Part shown: one piece after another, positions 27,831 through 37,663 of the stretch | Layout: every line of letters begins with the position of its first letter | Position numbering within the stretch: the stretch's first letter is position 1 | Source of the DNA: a virus | Lineage: Duplodnaviria; Caudoviricetes | Virus record (IMG/VR): IMGVR_UViG_3300001525_000092 | Span: 64,001-128,000 of that record | Length of the DNA stretch: 64,000 nucleotides | Reading direction: 5' to 3' (one strand) | Notes under the pieces: generated by a model | Told to the model about the DNA's origin: nothing | Databases searched by the model: none | What the model saw: the letters and a program-made list of their open reading frames with translations, nothing else | Translations under genes and position numbers: made by a program

Positions 27831-27930
27831 GATGCCGCCAGAAGTCGCTGGGCGCCGCTGGCGGCCGCGAAATGACTCAGACTATAAATTATATATCTGG
27901 ACAAATTTTAAGGCCGCCAGCGTCAAATTT
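27831..27930 (+). repeat. Dispersed GC-rich element, copy 4
   Basis: GATGCCGCCAGAAGTCGCTGGGCGCCGCTGGCGGCCGCGAAAT..TATAAATTATA..AAGGCCGCCAGCGTCAAATTT. Confidence 0.95.
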
Positions 27931-27961
27931 AGCTTATTCATTAAACTTTATTAACATTAAT

Positions 27962-29047
27962 ATGAATTATGATGACATAATCATAAATATCATTTATTCT
28001 AAATCTAGACCTTCACAAAAATTCCTTAAGAACAAAATAAAATATTCTAATGTAGTAAATTATCTATTAAATAGATTTGATTATGTTGAAAATGTAAGAG
28101 AATCTTTAGATAGAATAAAATATCATATTGAATATAGACCTTGTTGTAAAAAATGTGGAAATATTGTGAAATACATTGGGTTGCGCAATGGATATCCTAA
28201 GTATAGAGATTTTTGTTCTTGCAAATGTTCAATGAATTCAGAACAAACAAAAGAAAATCTAAGGAAATCCATACAAGATAAATATGGAGTAGATAATGTA
28301 TTTCAAGATACTAAGATCAAAGAAAGAATAAAGAATACTTGGATAAACAAATATGGTGTAGATAATCCTAGAAAATCAGAATCGATAATTGCTAAAATTA
28401 ACAACACTTCAATTCGTAGATATGGCACATCATATCCTACGTCTAGTACTATAGTTCAAGATAACATAAAAAAATCTATTTTAGCTAAATATGGGTGTAA
28501 GTATTATTTTCTAAATAATGAATTTAAAGAAAAATCAAAACTTACTTGTGTCTGTAAATATGGTGTAGACAATTACATGAAAAGTGAAAAAGCGCGGATA
28601 TACATGCATGAAAAGATGTCTACAATTGAAGTACAACAAAAAAGAATAAATACTTGCATAAAACATAATACTTTCAATACTTCTAAAGTAGAAGAAGAAC
28701 TTCACTCATATATAAAAGAAAAATTTCCTTCAGTAAAGAGACAATATAGAGACAAAGAAAGATATCCATACAACTGTGACTTCTATATACCTGAGTTCGA
28801 TTTATTCTTGGAATTGCAAGGGAATTGGACACATGGAAAGCATGCATTTGATTCTACTTCTAAAGAAGATCAAGTCATATTAGAGGAATGGAAAGAGAAA
28901 AGCAAAGAACACCCTTACTATAGCAACGCAATAAAGACTTGGACTATATATGATGTGAATAAAAGAAACAAAGCAAAAGAAAACAACTTAAATTTTAAAG
29001 AAGTTTGGTCTCTAGATGAAGGAAAAGCATTCATAAATAATTTATAA
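27962..29047 (+). CDS. Putative homing endonuclease: Zn finger, KYGVDN repeats and PD-(D/E)xK-like nuclease
   Basis: CKKCG..FCSCKC, five (K/R)YG repeats, CDFYIP..LELQG.WTH; AT-rich. Confidence 0.75.
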   Translation: MNYDDIIINIIYSKSRPSQKFLKNKIKYSNVVNYLLNRFDYVENVRESLDRIKYHIEYRPCCKKCGNIVKYIGLRNGYPKYRDFCSCKCSMNSEQTKENLRKSIQDKYGVDNVFQDTKIKERIKNTWINKYGVDNPRKSESIIAKINNTSIRRYGTSYPTSSTIVQDNIKKSILAKYGCKYYFLNNEFKEKSKLTCVCKYGVDNYMKSEKARIYMHEKMSTIEVQQKRINTCIKHNTFNTSKVEEELHSYIKEKFPSVKRQYRDKERYPYNCDFYIPEFDLFLELQGNWTHGKHAFDSTSKEDQVILEEWKEKSKEHPYYSNAIKTWTIYDVNKRNKAKENNLNFKEVWSLDEGKAFINNL

Positions 29048-29051
29048 TAAA

Positions 29052-29079
29052 GAAAGTCCATTCAATTGAATGGACTTTC
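29052..29079. terminator. Bidirectional terminator
   Basis: GAAAGTCCATTC-AATT-GAATGGACTTTC. Confidence 0.75.
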
Positions 29080-29102
29080 ACTATGTTAAATATTCACTTA
29101 TA

Positions 29103-29369
29103 TTAGATAAAGAGTATCTCATTGAAATAGTCATTGTCAAGATGTTCTTGAACATATGCTTTTGCGTCCAATAGCGATTGACTCTCATTGATGCATCCAT
29201 CAGATGCTTGCAATGTGATGTCATTGTTTTCTGTAAGTTCAAGATCAACATTGAAGTGCTCTTTCAAGAATGAGCTACACTTTATGATTTCACAATCATA
29301 GTTCACTACTTTCTTCACGAACTCTTTGCATTCTTTAGTCTCAAATATCTTGTCATCTGTAAATTCCAT
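29103..29369 (-). CDS. Hypothetical protein
   Basis: ORF in minus-strand block. Confidence 0.6.
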   Translation of the reverse strand: MEFTDDKIFETKECKEFVKKVVNYDCEIIKCSSFLKEHFNVDLELTENNDITLQASDGCINESQSLLDAKAYVQEHLDNDYFNEILFI

Positions 29370-29401
29370 TTTTAGTAATTGAACATTAATTTATCTTTGC
29401 T

Positions 29402-30187
29402 TTATACACCAAATGAAGTGTCTGTGTTAGTACCATCTTCAGGCTTGTTTATTGTTGGTTCCTCTGGCTCCTTTAGCTTAGGACCATTCTCATCTTCTGT
29501 CAAGTAAGTGCGAAGATATGACATAATCTTCTCCGGAGTGAAATAATACTTATATAGGTAAAATACGATGTCATCGATATGTACACCAAACAAGTCAATT
29601 ATCATCTGCAATTGTGTTGTTGGGAAATCTTTGCTATCTTCGGTAATCTTAGCTTCACAGTTGATAGTAGGTGTAGGAGTCACTTTGCTAAACACATCTG
29701 TGATCATGTCTAGATGAGCTTTTTCTGTCTTAGCAGCAACAATGTCTGGATTGATAGGCGGAACAGGACAAGGAGGCTTAGGACCTGGCTTGCATCCACA
29801 ATCTGGCTTAGGAGGCATAGATGGCATAGGTGGTACACTAAAACCTGGATCTATCTCATTGCTTGGAATATCTGATGGACGTGAAGGTGGAGTTGGTCCT
29901 GGATTGTAGTCAGGAATTGTAGGTGTTCCTGGCTTCATGATGTTTCCGTTTCTGTCATAAGTTTCTTCTGACATCTGGTAGAACTCATTGCTGAACTCAT
30001 TCATGTCAATCATTCTTCCATCAGATAGCATCACAGACATTCCATTGTCACTAATGACACAGTCTCTTACTCTTACAGTCTCGCCTGTCTTCTTGCTTAT
30101 CCATTCACCTTTGATCTCCGGACCACCCATAGGAAACTCAGAACCAAATGCAGGAGGATAGTTGCCAGGCATGTTAAAATTGTTCAT
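29402..30187 (-). CDS. Hypothetical protein with Pro-rich linker
   Basis: Central PxP-rich region; class A-like promoter at 30228-30257. Confidence 0.65.
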   Translation of the reverse strand: MNNFNMPGNYPPAFGSEFPMGGPEIKGEWISKKTGETVRVRDCVISDNGMSVMLSDGRMIDMNEFSNEFYQMSEETYDRNGNIMKPGTPTIPDYNPGPTPPSRPSDIPSNEIDPGFSVPPMPSMPPKPDCGCKPGPKPPCPVPPINPDIVAAKTEKAHLDMITDVFSKVTPTPTINCEAKITEDSKDFPTTQLQMIIDLFGVHIDDIVFYLYKYYFTPEKIMSYLRTYLTEDENGPKLKEPEEPTINKPEDGTNTDTSFGV

Positions 30188-30271
30188 ACGATTAAATTTA
30201 TGTTAACATATATTTCTGTCATTGACTAATATAGAAATCTACGCGTATTGATTTCATCAGTCAATGATATT

Positions 30272-30790
30272 TTATTTGCATTCTTCTTCAATAATCTTCT
30301 TTTCTTCTTCTGTTCCACTTACATAGCTTAGCATCTTTGTTATGATGTAGTCATCTAGCTCAGAAGAAGTGAAGTATAGCAAGTGTCTGTTCTTAGTAAG
30401 CTCAATGAACTCCCTTGCAGAACTCATCATAGACTTGTCTTTATGTATAGCATTAGAATCTATCCACACAATAGGAACATCTTTGATCTTCTTCTGTGAC
30501 ATGTTGTTGTACAACTCATAAGTCAAGCAAATTATGTCAGAAGCCTCATATTCATCTTTAGTATATCCTATGCTTACTTCTTTGTCTATAGTCTTCACAC
30601 ACAATATAGCATTGTTCTTGTATGCTAAGTATAGGTTGTCATTGTCTATGTAAGGTTGATTATCTTCTTTATTAAGATATGTACTGAACATCTTAGCAAC
30701 TCTTATTGTGTCATCTATAGACTTTAGCCTATTGACTAAGTGTCTCACTTTGTCATCATCTATGCTAACTATGAATATCTTGCTAGTCAT
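30272..30790 (-). CDS. Hypothetical protein (possibly degenerate guanylate-kinase fold)
   Basis: Topology reminiscent of Gmk but no intact P-loop. Confidence 0.4.
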   Translation of the reverse strand: MTSKIFIVSIDDDKVRHLVNRLKSIDDTIRVAKMFSTYLNKEDNQPYIDNDNLYLAYKNNAILCVKTIDKEVSIGYTKDEYEASDIICLTYELYNNMSQKKIKDVPIVWIDSNAIHKDKSMMSSAREFIELTKNRHLLYFTSSELDDYIITKMLSYVSGTEEEKKIIEEECK

Positions 30791-30887
30791 CTAATTATAT
30801 AAAAGATTTTTCATTGAACTTGATTAAAAATAAAATTGACATGACTATAGTCATGCCAATTCAATGATACTAGGTAATTCTAGATAT

Positions 30888-31694
30888 TTATACATGATAC
30901 TTGCTATCTTCTTTCCATTTCACATAATATATTTGGTTATTATTACCGGAAAAAGTATTGCCATTAATTCTTCCATCACTTAATGTAGTCTCTATTGATA
31001 AGTTTCCTGCTTCATTCACTTTATTGGCTATATATTCGTATTTAAAGTACCATTCAGTTAAACCAGTTAAATCTATATTAGTGTAAATTTTTAAATCATC
31101 ATAATTAATGTTTAAATATTCATTACATTCTTTAAAGAACTCATCGGTATGGCTCAAATAATAATCATTTTTATGCTTTATCTTAGAAGTATTGAGCATA
31201 GGCATGTAACTATCTACAAAAGGTAGTTCTATATTGAATTTTTCATTTTCTTTGACATATCTTTCTTTTCTATTTACATAATTATCTGGTGTTACTCTAA
31301 TCTTAAATCCTGGATTTGTCTTATCAAACAATGTATTTGTCACATATTCATATTCTTCATATTTATTGCCTACTTTCCAAGATTCTGTTATATATAGAGG
31401 ATTGTCTTTTATAGTCATAGTTGCTAATGAAGTATCAGGGAGTGTATTATTGTTCACATAATATTTTACTATTTCTTCCGCGTCAATTATGATTATATAG
31501 TCATCAATATATGGGAATTTTTGTGTATTAGTTATTGATAAATAATCTTTTGTTAGCCCTATTTTTATACTAGGTATATTGCTTGGTGTAAGTTTTTTAA
31601 TTGAATACTTATGAATCTGAGAACTATCAAATGCACCGAGTAAGTACGTGTTATTTAAATTCAATGTTAATGTGCCATCTGTTTGATAATACAA
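30888..31694 (-). CDS. Hypothetical AT-rich protein downstream of giant virion genes
   Basis: ORF with atypical codon usage. Confidence 0.55.
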   Translation of the reverse strand: MYYQTDGTLTLNLNNTYLLGAFDSSQIHKYSIKKLTPSNIPSIKIGLTKDYLSITNTQKFPYIDDYIIIIDAEEIVKYYVNNNTLPDTSLATMTIKDNPLYITESWKVGNKYEEYEYVTNTLFDKTNPGFKIRVTPDNYVNRKERYVKENEKFNIELPFVDSYMPMLNTSKIKHKNDYYLSHTDEFFKECNEYLNINYDDLKIYTNIDLTGLTEWYFKYEYIANKVNEAGNLSIETTLSDGRINGNTFSGNNNQIYYVKWKEDSKYHV

Positions 31695-31719
31695 TTTATA
31701 GTTTGATAGAGTTTTGTTA

Positions 31720-34700
31720 TTATTTTTTTTTCCTTGTTAGGTCGATTGTCTTCCGTGTGTTTCTATAAGGATTATTGTTGTCATCTGTATTTGGTTGTAT
31801 TACCCATGTCTCTGTATATTTTGTGTTTGATGTAGCAATCTCACTTCTTACTTTCACTGTATGATCACATACATATCCATTAGGATATGTCTTGTCTGAC
31901 TTATCAACTTCAGTAATTGTGCTTGCTATGTTGTCAAAGTACATAGTCTGTTCTTTTCCTGTCTCTTTGTTCTTGATAGTATAGTCGACTGAATTAGAAT
32001 CTACATAGTTACCATTCAAGTAAGTAATCTTGTAACAGTATACCTTGATGTTCTTCTGGGAAGTGTCACCATAGTTGAATGTAATGCTAGATGAACTAGA
32101 CATCTTCACTCCATCTATATATACATCAAACACATAGTTAGTAGTAGTCTTGCTAGCATATCTTATGTCTATGTCGATGGACTTCTTCAAGTTCTTGTAT
32201 GTGATAGTCACAGTACCATTCACTATGTTAGAAGAGTTGTTCTTAGACACTTCTTTGTTCAACTTATATGTGTTGCTAGACTTAGTATAGTTAGTAGATA
32301 TAGAGTTGTCTGACATAGTCACAGCATAGTCATTAGAAGATTTCCATTCTGCTTTCTCTAGCAATTTCTTAGTAGCAGCATCATCTTCAACCCATACGGC
32401 AACACCATTATCATTAAGTTGTGCTTTCCATTGCTGATCTACTTCTTTGTAGCTTGCATTGATGATGAATGACAAGTACTTGTCATCTGTGACATTGCCG
32501 TCTTTCTTAAGTATCACTTCATCTTCTCCATAAGCAGCATATCCATATATAGAAGAGCAAGATGTCTCTAGCTTGTAATCGTATACCTTTTCTGTTGGCT
32601 TTGGATAGCCTGGCTCTGGATTTGGTGTAGGATCTGGATCGACTGGATCAGGCTTGACTGGATTGTCAGTATTGTCTATCTTGACTAATCTCTCATTCCA
32701 GAACTCAGGAACACTATGAGATGTCATCACTTCTCTTATGTTGATGTGACGTATAGTAGCATCATAATATGCTATGTCAGTTTTCCATTCATAGTAACTG
32801 AATGCACAAGGCATAGTAGCTTCATTGAAGTTGGTGATCAATGGAACATATGTCTGTCCTCCTATTGTCACTTCTGTAGGATCCTGTGTGATGTATGCAT
32901 ATGTGAATGACAAGTCAGAGTAAGTGATGTTGTCTTCATTCAAGTATGTTATCTTGCTTGGATTAACAGAAGACACCTTCATTCTCAAGTCAGTGTTGAG
33001 CTTGCCGTACTCTTCTATATATGATAGAATATAAGAGCTTATCACATTCTGTCCAATAGGAACTTCTTTTGCTATATATGACTTAGCTTCATCAAGAGTA
33101 GAGTCGATCCACTTGTACTCTCCTGTAGAAGGATAGTATGTCAGTTTCTTTGAGACGCCATCTTCCGTCTTTGTGATGAATGCATCAAACTCTTCATCTG
33201 TACTGAAGTCATCTTTTGTCTTGTATATAGTAGTTGGCCAGTATGACATGACTGTGTATCTCTCATAGTCATTGCTGTCTTCTACTTTTCTGTATCTCAC
33301 ATGAGTGTAAGTGTACACATTCTCATTAGCATAAGTGAAGGCATCAGTGTCTAAGTTTCCAATCACAAATCCGTAAGCAGGAGTGAAGAATCCTTGTACT
33401 TTAGACTTGGAGCACTTGTCTATCATAGGACAGTCTTTTGCGCTACATAAGTCACAACCATCGCATGACCAGTACTCAGTGTAAGAAGATGCATACATGT
33501 AAGCAGAGACATAAGTGTATGTCTTAGTCTCTATAGGTGCTTGATAGCTCAACACATCAACATAGCTTACTTCTATCGGGTTGCCTAGCACAAGTCTTGT
33601 TGTTCTTTCTTCATCATATGCATTTCCTAGGTGACCTTCTGCTAAAGTGTTCTCTTTGTCGGTCAAGTCTGTACTAAGCTCAAGATACCAAGAATGATCA
33701 TTGAGAACATCAGTAGCATTCTTGAAGTTCAATACATAAGCAGTTCCTGTCTTCTGTACTCTTATAGGATTCCCATAGTCATCTTTGTCAGTAGTGTCTT
33801 CCATGATAGGAACATTCTTGCCATCTTCTATAGTGTACAATGGAATATTCTTAGAAAGCTCACATATATAAGAAAGTCCATAGCTATTCCACTCATCTAT
33901 AGTAGGATGTATTCTTGATAGAGTATTTGCTACATAGTCTTCTGACACTCCTTGCCAGATGTTGCCTGTGTTGTAATAGTAAGACATTGCTTGCCATGTT
34001 CCTGGATAGTTCTCATTCAGATTGGCAAGCACATTGTACATTGCTAAGTAACTGTCTATATTCTCTTTTCTTCTTGTAGTAAGCAATGTAGCATCACCAT
34101 GCCATACAGTGTCTTTGTCGTTAGATATGTTGTTCTGTGTCAAGAATACAGATGCATTCAAGTAAGACACATTCCTTGACTCATTCTGTACATAATATCT
34201 TGTTTGCTTCTTCTTTCTCAACTTGAACTTCACATTGCTGAGCAATGCACTAGTTCCAGAAGGAATCTTTCCACTTTCTAGTTCTTCTCTTTCTTCTAAT
34301 ATTCCTATAGGATATATAGTAGTAGTATAAGTGTTGTAGTTGTCTATAGCATATGTAGTCCATGATGGTCTAGAAGTGATTATCTCACCTTTCACACTAG
34401 TATACCCATTCAGTTCTATAGTGTCAAAGTCTATCTGCATCTTGTCCATCTTAGTGAGATGGTGTATGCTGTCTTTGTCCACCATAGATGTAGTACCTAG
34501 ATTGATGTTTGTCTCACTAGTACCAATGTGGAGTACATTCTTGTTCTCTTGATCATATGCAGATCCTATGTATGCATTGTATATGACACCATAAGAAAGT
34601 GCAGGATTGAACTGTACTTTGTCTGCTACTAATATGTTAGAGCGATTCCAGAAGCTAGCATTTCTGACAGTGACTTCTTTCAAGTCAACCATAGGATACT

Positions 34701-37662
34701 GATTTCCTACATACCCGTTAGGATTGTACTCACTATTAGGAATGTACTCTTTAGGGAAGTTAGTCATAGATATGACTTTAGGAATGATGCCATAAGTAGT
34801 ATAATGCTCTAAGTTACCTTTTATCAGACCAACTTTAGGAAAAGACTTAGTAGTGTCATCTTCTGCATAGTAAGTACCATAGTAGCTATATGGTTCTATG
34901 TAAGTAGTAGTGTATGAATCGATTGTGAATCTTCTAGTATTGGTGCCATTCAAGACATAAGACACATGACCATCATCATGTCCTATGTTGTCATCAAACT
35001 CAATAGCTAAGTTCATTGAGTTGAAGTACTGCTCATCTCCTTCATAAGACATTCCAATTCCTTTAGTCACATCAATGCCCAAAGTAGGATTATAATAGTC
35101 CGCATTGTGATTCAATATGACAGGGTATACCAATGAAGAATTGTAAGAGATGGTGTTGTTCTTCAATAGTTGCAACACAGGATCAAACAACAATTGAGTA
35201 TGCTCATAGTCATCTGGACTGAATGAGTACTTAGCATAGTACTTTATGTATTGCTCTAGATTGCAGATATAGTTGAAGTCAAGAGCTACTTCATTGTTGT
35301 ACTTTGGATTCTTTATATAGTCAAAAGCATAGTATGTTGAGTTAGTAGAATAATCTGTCTTCTCTTCGCAAGTCCAGAATGATGTGACAGTTCCTACTCC
35401 TCCTATGATGTCTTGTATAGTACCTGATCTTCTAGCATATCTATATATGTATGAGTAGGTGCTATCATTTCCTATAGACCAGTCTTCATACTTTCCATAA
35501 GAATATTGCCTGTTGTTGTATGCATTCCAAATTTCTTCTTCTGTTCCTATTACTAGCTCACTGTCTTTATGGATGCTACTACCACTATAATATGCATATT
35601 GTATATAAGTAGAATCTTTCTCTAGCTCAGTAGAAGAAATGTTCATGATGATAGCGTCTTTGAAGTAAGTGAAAGTCTCAGTTTCTCTTATAGACTTCAG
35701 ATACTCATCAGAAGGTACCCATGCTTCTATAGAGAATGTGTTGTGTGCACCTACATTAGCATTAGTGTCTATGTAGTTAGAACTGAATGTTTTCTTCTCA
35801 AAGTCAGAAGAACTCAAGCTCTTTATGACATCTAGTCCAATGCCTGACAACACATTCTTATATGGATTGAACTCATGCAAGTCAGTAGAAGCTACTATCA
35901 TCAAGCTAGACTGATCAGCTACAATTCCTTTAGCATAGTTATTAGTTGCTAGTCCATTGATCACCCAGTATCCATTAGAGTTGATGTAAGGCATTATGAA
36001 TGACTCTTTCCAGTCTATAGAAAGAATGATAGTGTCATCTAAAGAACTATAGTTGACATTCATGTCATACAACACTGTTCTTTCTATCTCTGAGTTAGCA
36101 TATATGTACTGATTAGGTTCTGTTCCGTCCAGATGAACTAACTTCTTCAAGAAAGATACATTGTCCGTGACATTGCTTATAGTGTCTTTTCCTAGTTCAT
36201 TGATGTACTCATACTGCACTGGAATAGATCCAGTCATGTTATATATCAATGACTCATCATTAGAGTTGCAGTTGTACTTGAACTCGTAGTTAGTAGGGAA
36301 GTACATCACATACAAGTTAGTCTCATCAGGAACAGAAGACATAGAAAGAGAAGAGCGCCATGCTTTATATGTCAGCTCACTTACTATTCTTTCTTTTATC
36401 TTTATGTTAGAATCCGACTTGTACATCACTTGATTGTAGATTTCTAGCAATCTAGGATATAGCTGCTTAGTGTCTGAGACAAAGTACTCTAGCTTACCAT
36501 TGGTATGTTCCAATGTGTCACCTACTATGATGTCAATGTCTGCATCTATGTTCTGATTTCCGTCTGCGTCTGGTGCCATCTGTCCTGTTCCGTCACTAGA
36601 GAAAGATGATGATGCACTCATCTTTTTCCATTTGTCAGAGATGAAGTCAGAAGGAATGCTCCAGTTAGCATTGTCTGGAGTGTCATAGTCAACAGGAACA
36701 CTATAGCACTTAGAAACTATTCCTGCTATCTGATTGATTCCATTTCCGTCAATGATGTCACTCATCACATTAGATATGACTGATGAAGGAGAGTTGATGT
36801 TAGAAGAATCAGCATACTTTGCTATCAGCTCATCTATTCTTGATTCTTCTAATAAGTCTCTTGCATCACCTAATCCTATGTAATACTCATTGTTGGCACC
36901 TTCTCCAAGATTCTCTTTTACTTTGTATACATCAAGAACCCATTCATGATTTCTAAGACTATCATCAACTTTGTCATAGTTCTTATGTAGATGAATCAAT
37001 GCAAGCTTCTCATGTGCATATCTAGAACTTGGACCATTCTCGTCAGGATCATCTGATTGCATCAAGTTCTCTTCATTGACTATGAATATTCTGAATCCTT
37101 CTATGAACTCGCCACTATCAGAAACCTCTTCACACACATACTCATTGTCATACTCTCCATACACTCCACTCTCATGATGTCCAACAACTTTATATATGAA
37201 TGAGTTGTCTGTCTTGAAGAATGTTGCACTCTCTTTGTGCCAATAGTCAACATTGTTTATTCTGTCTACATCTGACAGCATGATGGAATCTTCATCAAAA
37301 CCATCTTCTAGTCCTCTTATAGAATGATCTATGTTGTCCACAACAAACTTTGTGTTTGCTTCTTCTGATGAGAGTTCTTTGAGAGATCCATCATCTTGTA
37401 GCAACTTAAGATATCCTCCTACTCTATTCTCAGTAGGGTACAGAACTACTTGGACTAACAAGTCATTCTCATTGAAGTCACCTGTATAGTTAGGAAACAA
37501 GTCTTGGATAGAAAAAGAACTGAATCCAATAGAGTCACCTTTAGCAGCATTGCGCTGACCAAGATTAGCTAATGATTGCTTCAAGTAAGCATCTGTATAA
37601 CTAGTCAGATAGTTTTTCTTGCTTATCCCATTTTGGAATGCATTGACATTAATTATTGGCAT
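31720..37662 (-). CDS. 1980-aa putative virion/tail protein with PD-rich linker and beta-rich C-terminal domains
   Basis: Size, Tyr/Thr/Ser richness, PVKPDPVDPDPTPNPEP linker. Confidence 0.6.
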   Translation of the reverse strand: MPIINVNAFQNGISKKNYLTSYTDAYLKQSLANLGQRNAAKGDSIGFSSFSIQDLFPNYTGDFNENDLLVQVVLYPTENRVGGYLKLLQDDGSLKELSSEEANTKFVVDNIDHSIRGLEDGFDEDSIMLSDVDRINNVDYWHKESATFFKTDNSFIYKVVGHHESGVYGEYDNEYVCEEVSDSGEFIEGFRIFIVNEENLMQSDDPDENGPSSRYAHEKLALIHLHKNYDKVDDSLRNHEWVLDVYKVKENLGEGANNEYYIGLGDARDLLEESRIDELIAKYADSSNINSPSSVISNVMSDIIDGNGINQIAGIVSKCYSVPVDYDTPDNANWSIPSDFISDKWKKMSASSSFSSDGTGQMAPDADGNQNIDADIDIIVGDTLEHTNGKLEYFVSDTKQLYPRLLEIYNQVMYKSDSNIKIKERIVSELTYKAWRSSLSMSSVPDETNLYVMYFPTNYEFKYNCNSNDESLIYNMTGSIPVQYEYINELGKDTISNVTDNVSFLKKLVHLDGTEPNQYIYANSEIERTVLYDMNVNYSSLDDTIILSIDWKESFIMPYINSNGYWVINGLATNNYAKGIVADQSSLMIVASTDLHEFNPYKNVLSGIGLDVIKSLSSSDFEKKTFSSNYIDTNANVGAHNTFSIEAWVPSDEYLKSIRETETFTYFKDAIIMNISSTELEKDSTYIQYAYYSGSSIHKDSELVIGTEEEIWNAYNNRQYSYGKYEDWSIGNDSTYSYIYRYARRSGTIQDIIGGVGTVTSFWTCEEKTDYSTNSTYYAFDYIKNPKYNNEVALDFNYICNLEQYIKYYAKYSFSPDDYEHTQLLFDPVLQLLKNNTISYNSSLVYPVILNHNADYYNPTLGIDVTKGIGMSYEGDEQYFNSMNLAIEFDDNIGHDDGHVSYVLNGTNTRRFTIDSYTTTYIEPYSYYGTYYAEDDTTKSFPKVGLIKGNLEHYTTYGIIPKVISMTNFPKEYIPNSEYNPNGYVGNQYPMVDLKEVTVRNASFWNRSNILVADKVQFNPALSYGVIYNAYIGSAYDQENKNVLHIGTSETNINLGTTSMVDKDSIHHLTKMDKMQIDFDTIELNGYTSVKGEIITSRPSWTTYAIDNYNTYTTTIYPIGILEEREELESGKIPSGTSALLSNVKFKLRKKKQTRYYVQNESRNVSYLNASVFLTQNNISNDKDTVWHGDATLLTTRRKENIDSYLAMYNVLANLNENYPGTWQAMSYYYNTGNIWQGVSEDYVANTLSRIHPTIDEWNSYGLSYICELSKNIPLYTIEDGKNVPIMEDTTDKDDYGNPIRVQKTGTAYVLNFKNATDVLNDHSWYLELSTDLTDKENTLAEGHLGNAYDEERTTRLVLGNPIEVSYVDVLSYQAPIETKTYTYVSAYMYASSYTEYWSCDGCDLCSAKDCPMIDKCSKSKVQGFFTPAYGFVIGNLDTDAFTYANENVYTYTHVRYRKVEDSNDYERYTVMSYWPTTIYKTKDDFSTDEEFDAFITKTEDGVSKKLTYYPSTGEYKWIDSTLDEAKSYIAKEVPIGQNVISSYILSYIEEYGKLNTDLRMKVSSVNPSKITYLNEDNITYSDLSFTYAYITQDPTEVTIGGQTYVPLITNFNEATMPCAFSYYEWKTDIAYYDATIRHINIREVMTSHSVPEFWNERLVKIDNTDNPVKPDPVDPDPTPNPEPGYPKPTEKVYDYKLETSCSSIYGYAAYGEDEVILKKDGNVTDDKYLSFIINASYKEVDQQWKAQLNDNGVAVWVEDDAATKKLLEKAEWKSSNDYAVTMSDNSISTNYTKSSNTYKLNKEVSKNNSSNIVNGTVTITYKNLKKSIDIDIRYASKTTTNYVFDVYIDGVKMSSSSSITFNYGDTSQKNIKVYCYKITYLNGNYVDSNSVDYTIKNKETGKEQTMYFDNIASTITEVDKSDKTYPNGYVCDHTVKVRSEIATSNTKYTETWVIQPNTDDNNNPYRNTRKTIDLTRKKK

Positions 37663-37663
37663 G

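Noticed and set aside
27872-27961. N-terminal extension of the 391-aa ORF
   Set aside because: The ATG lies inside repeat copy 4; the likely start is 27962
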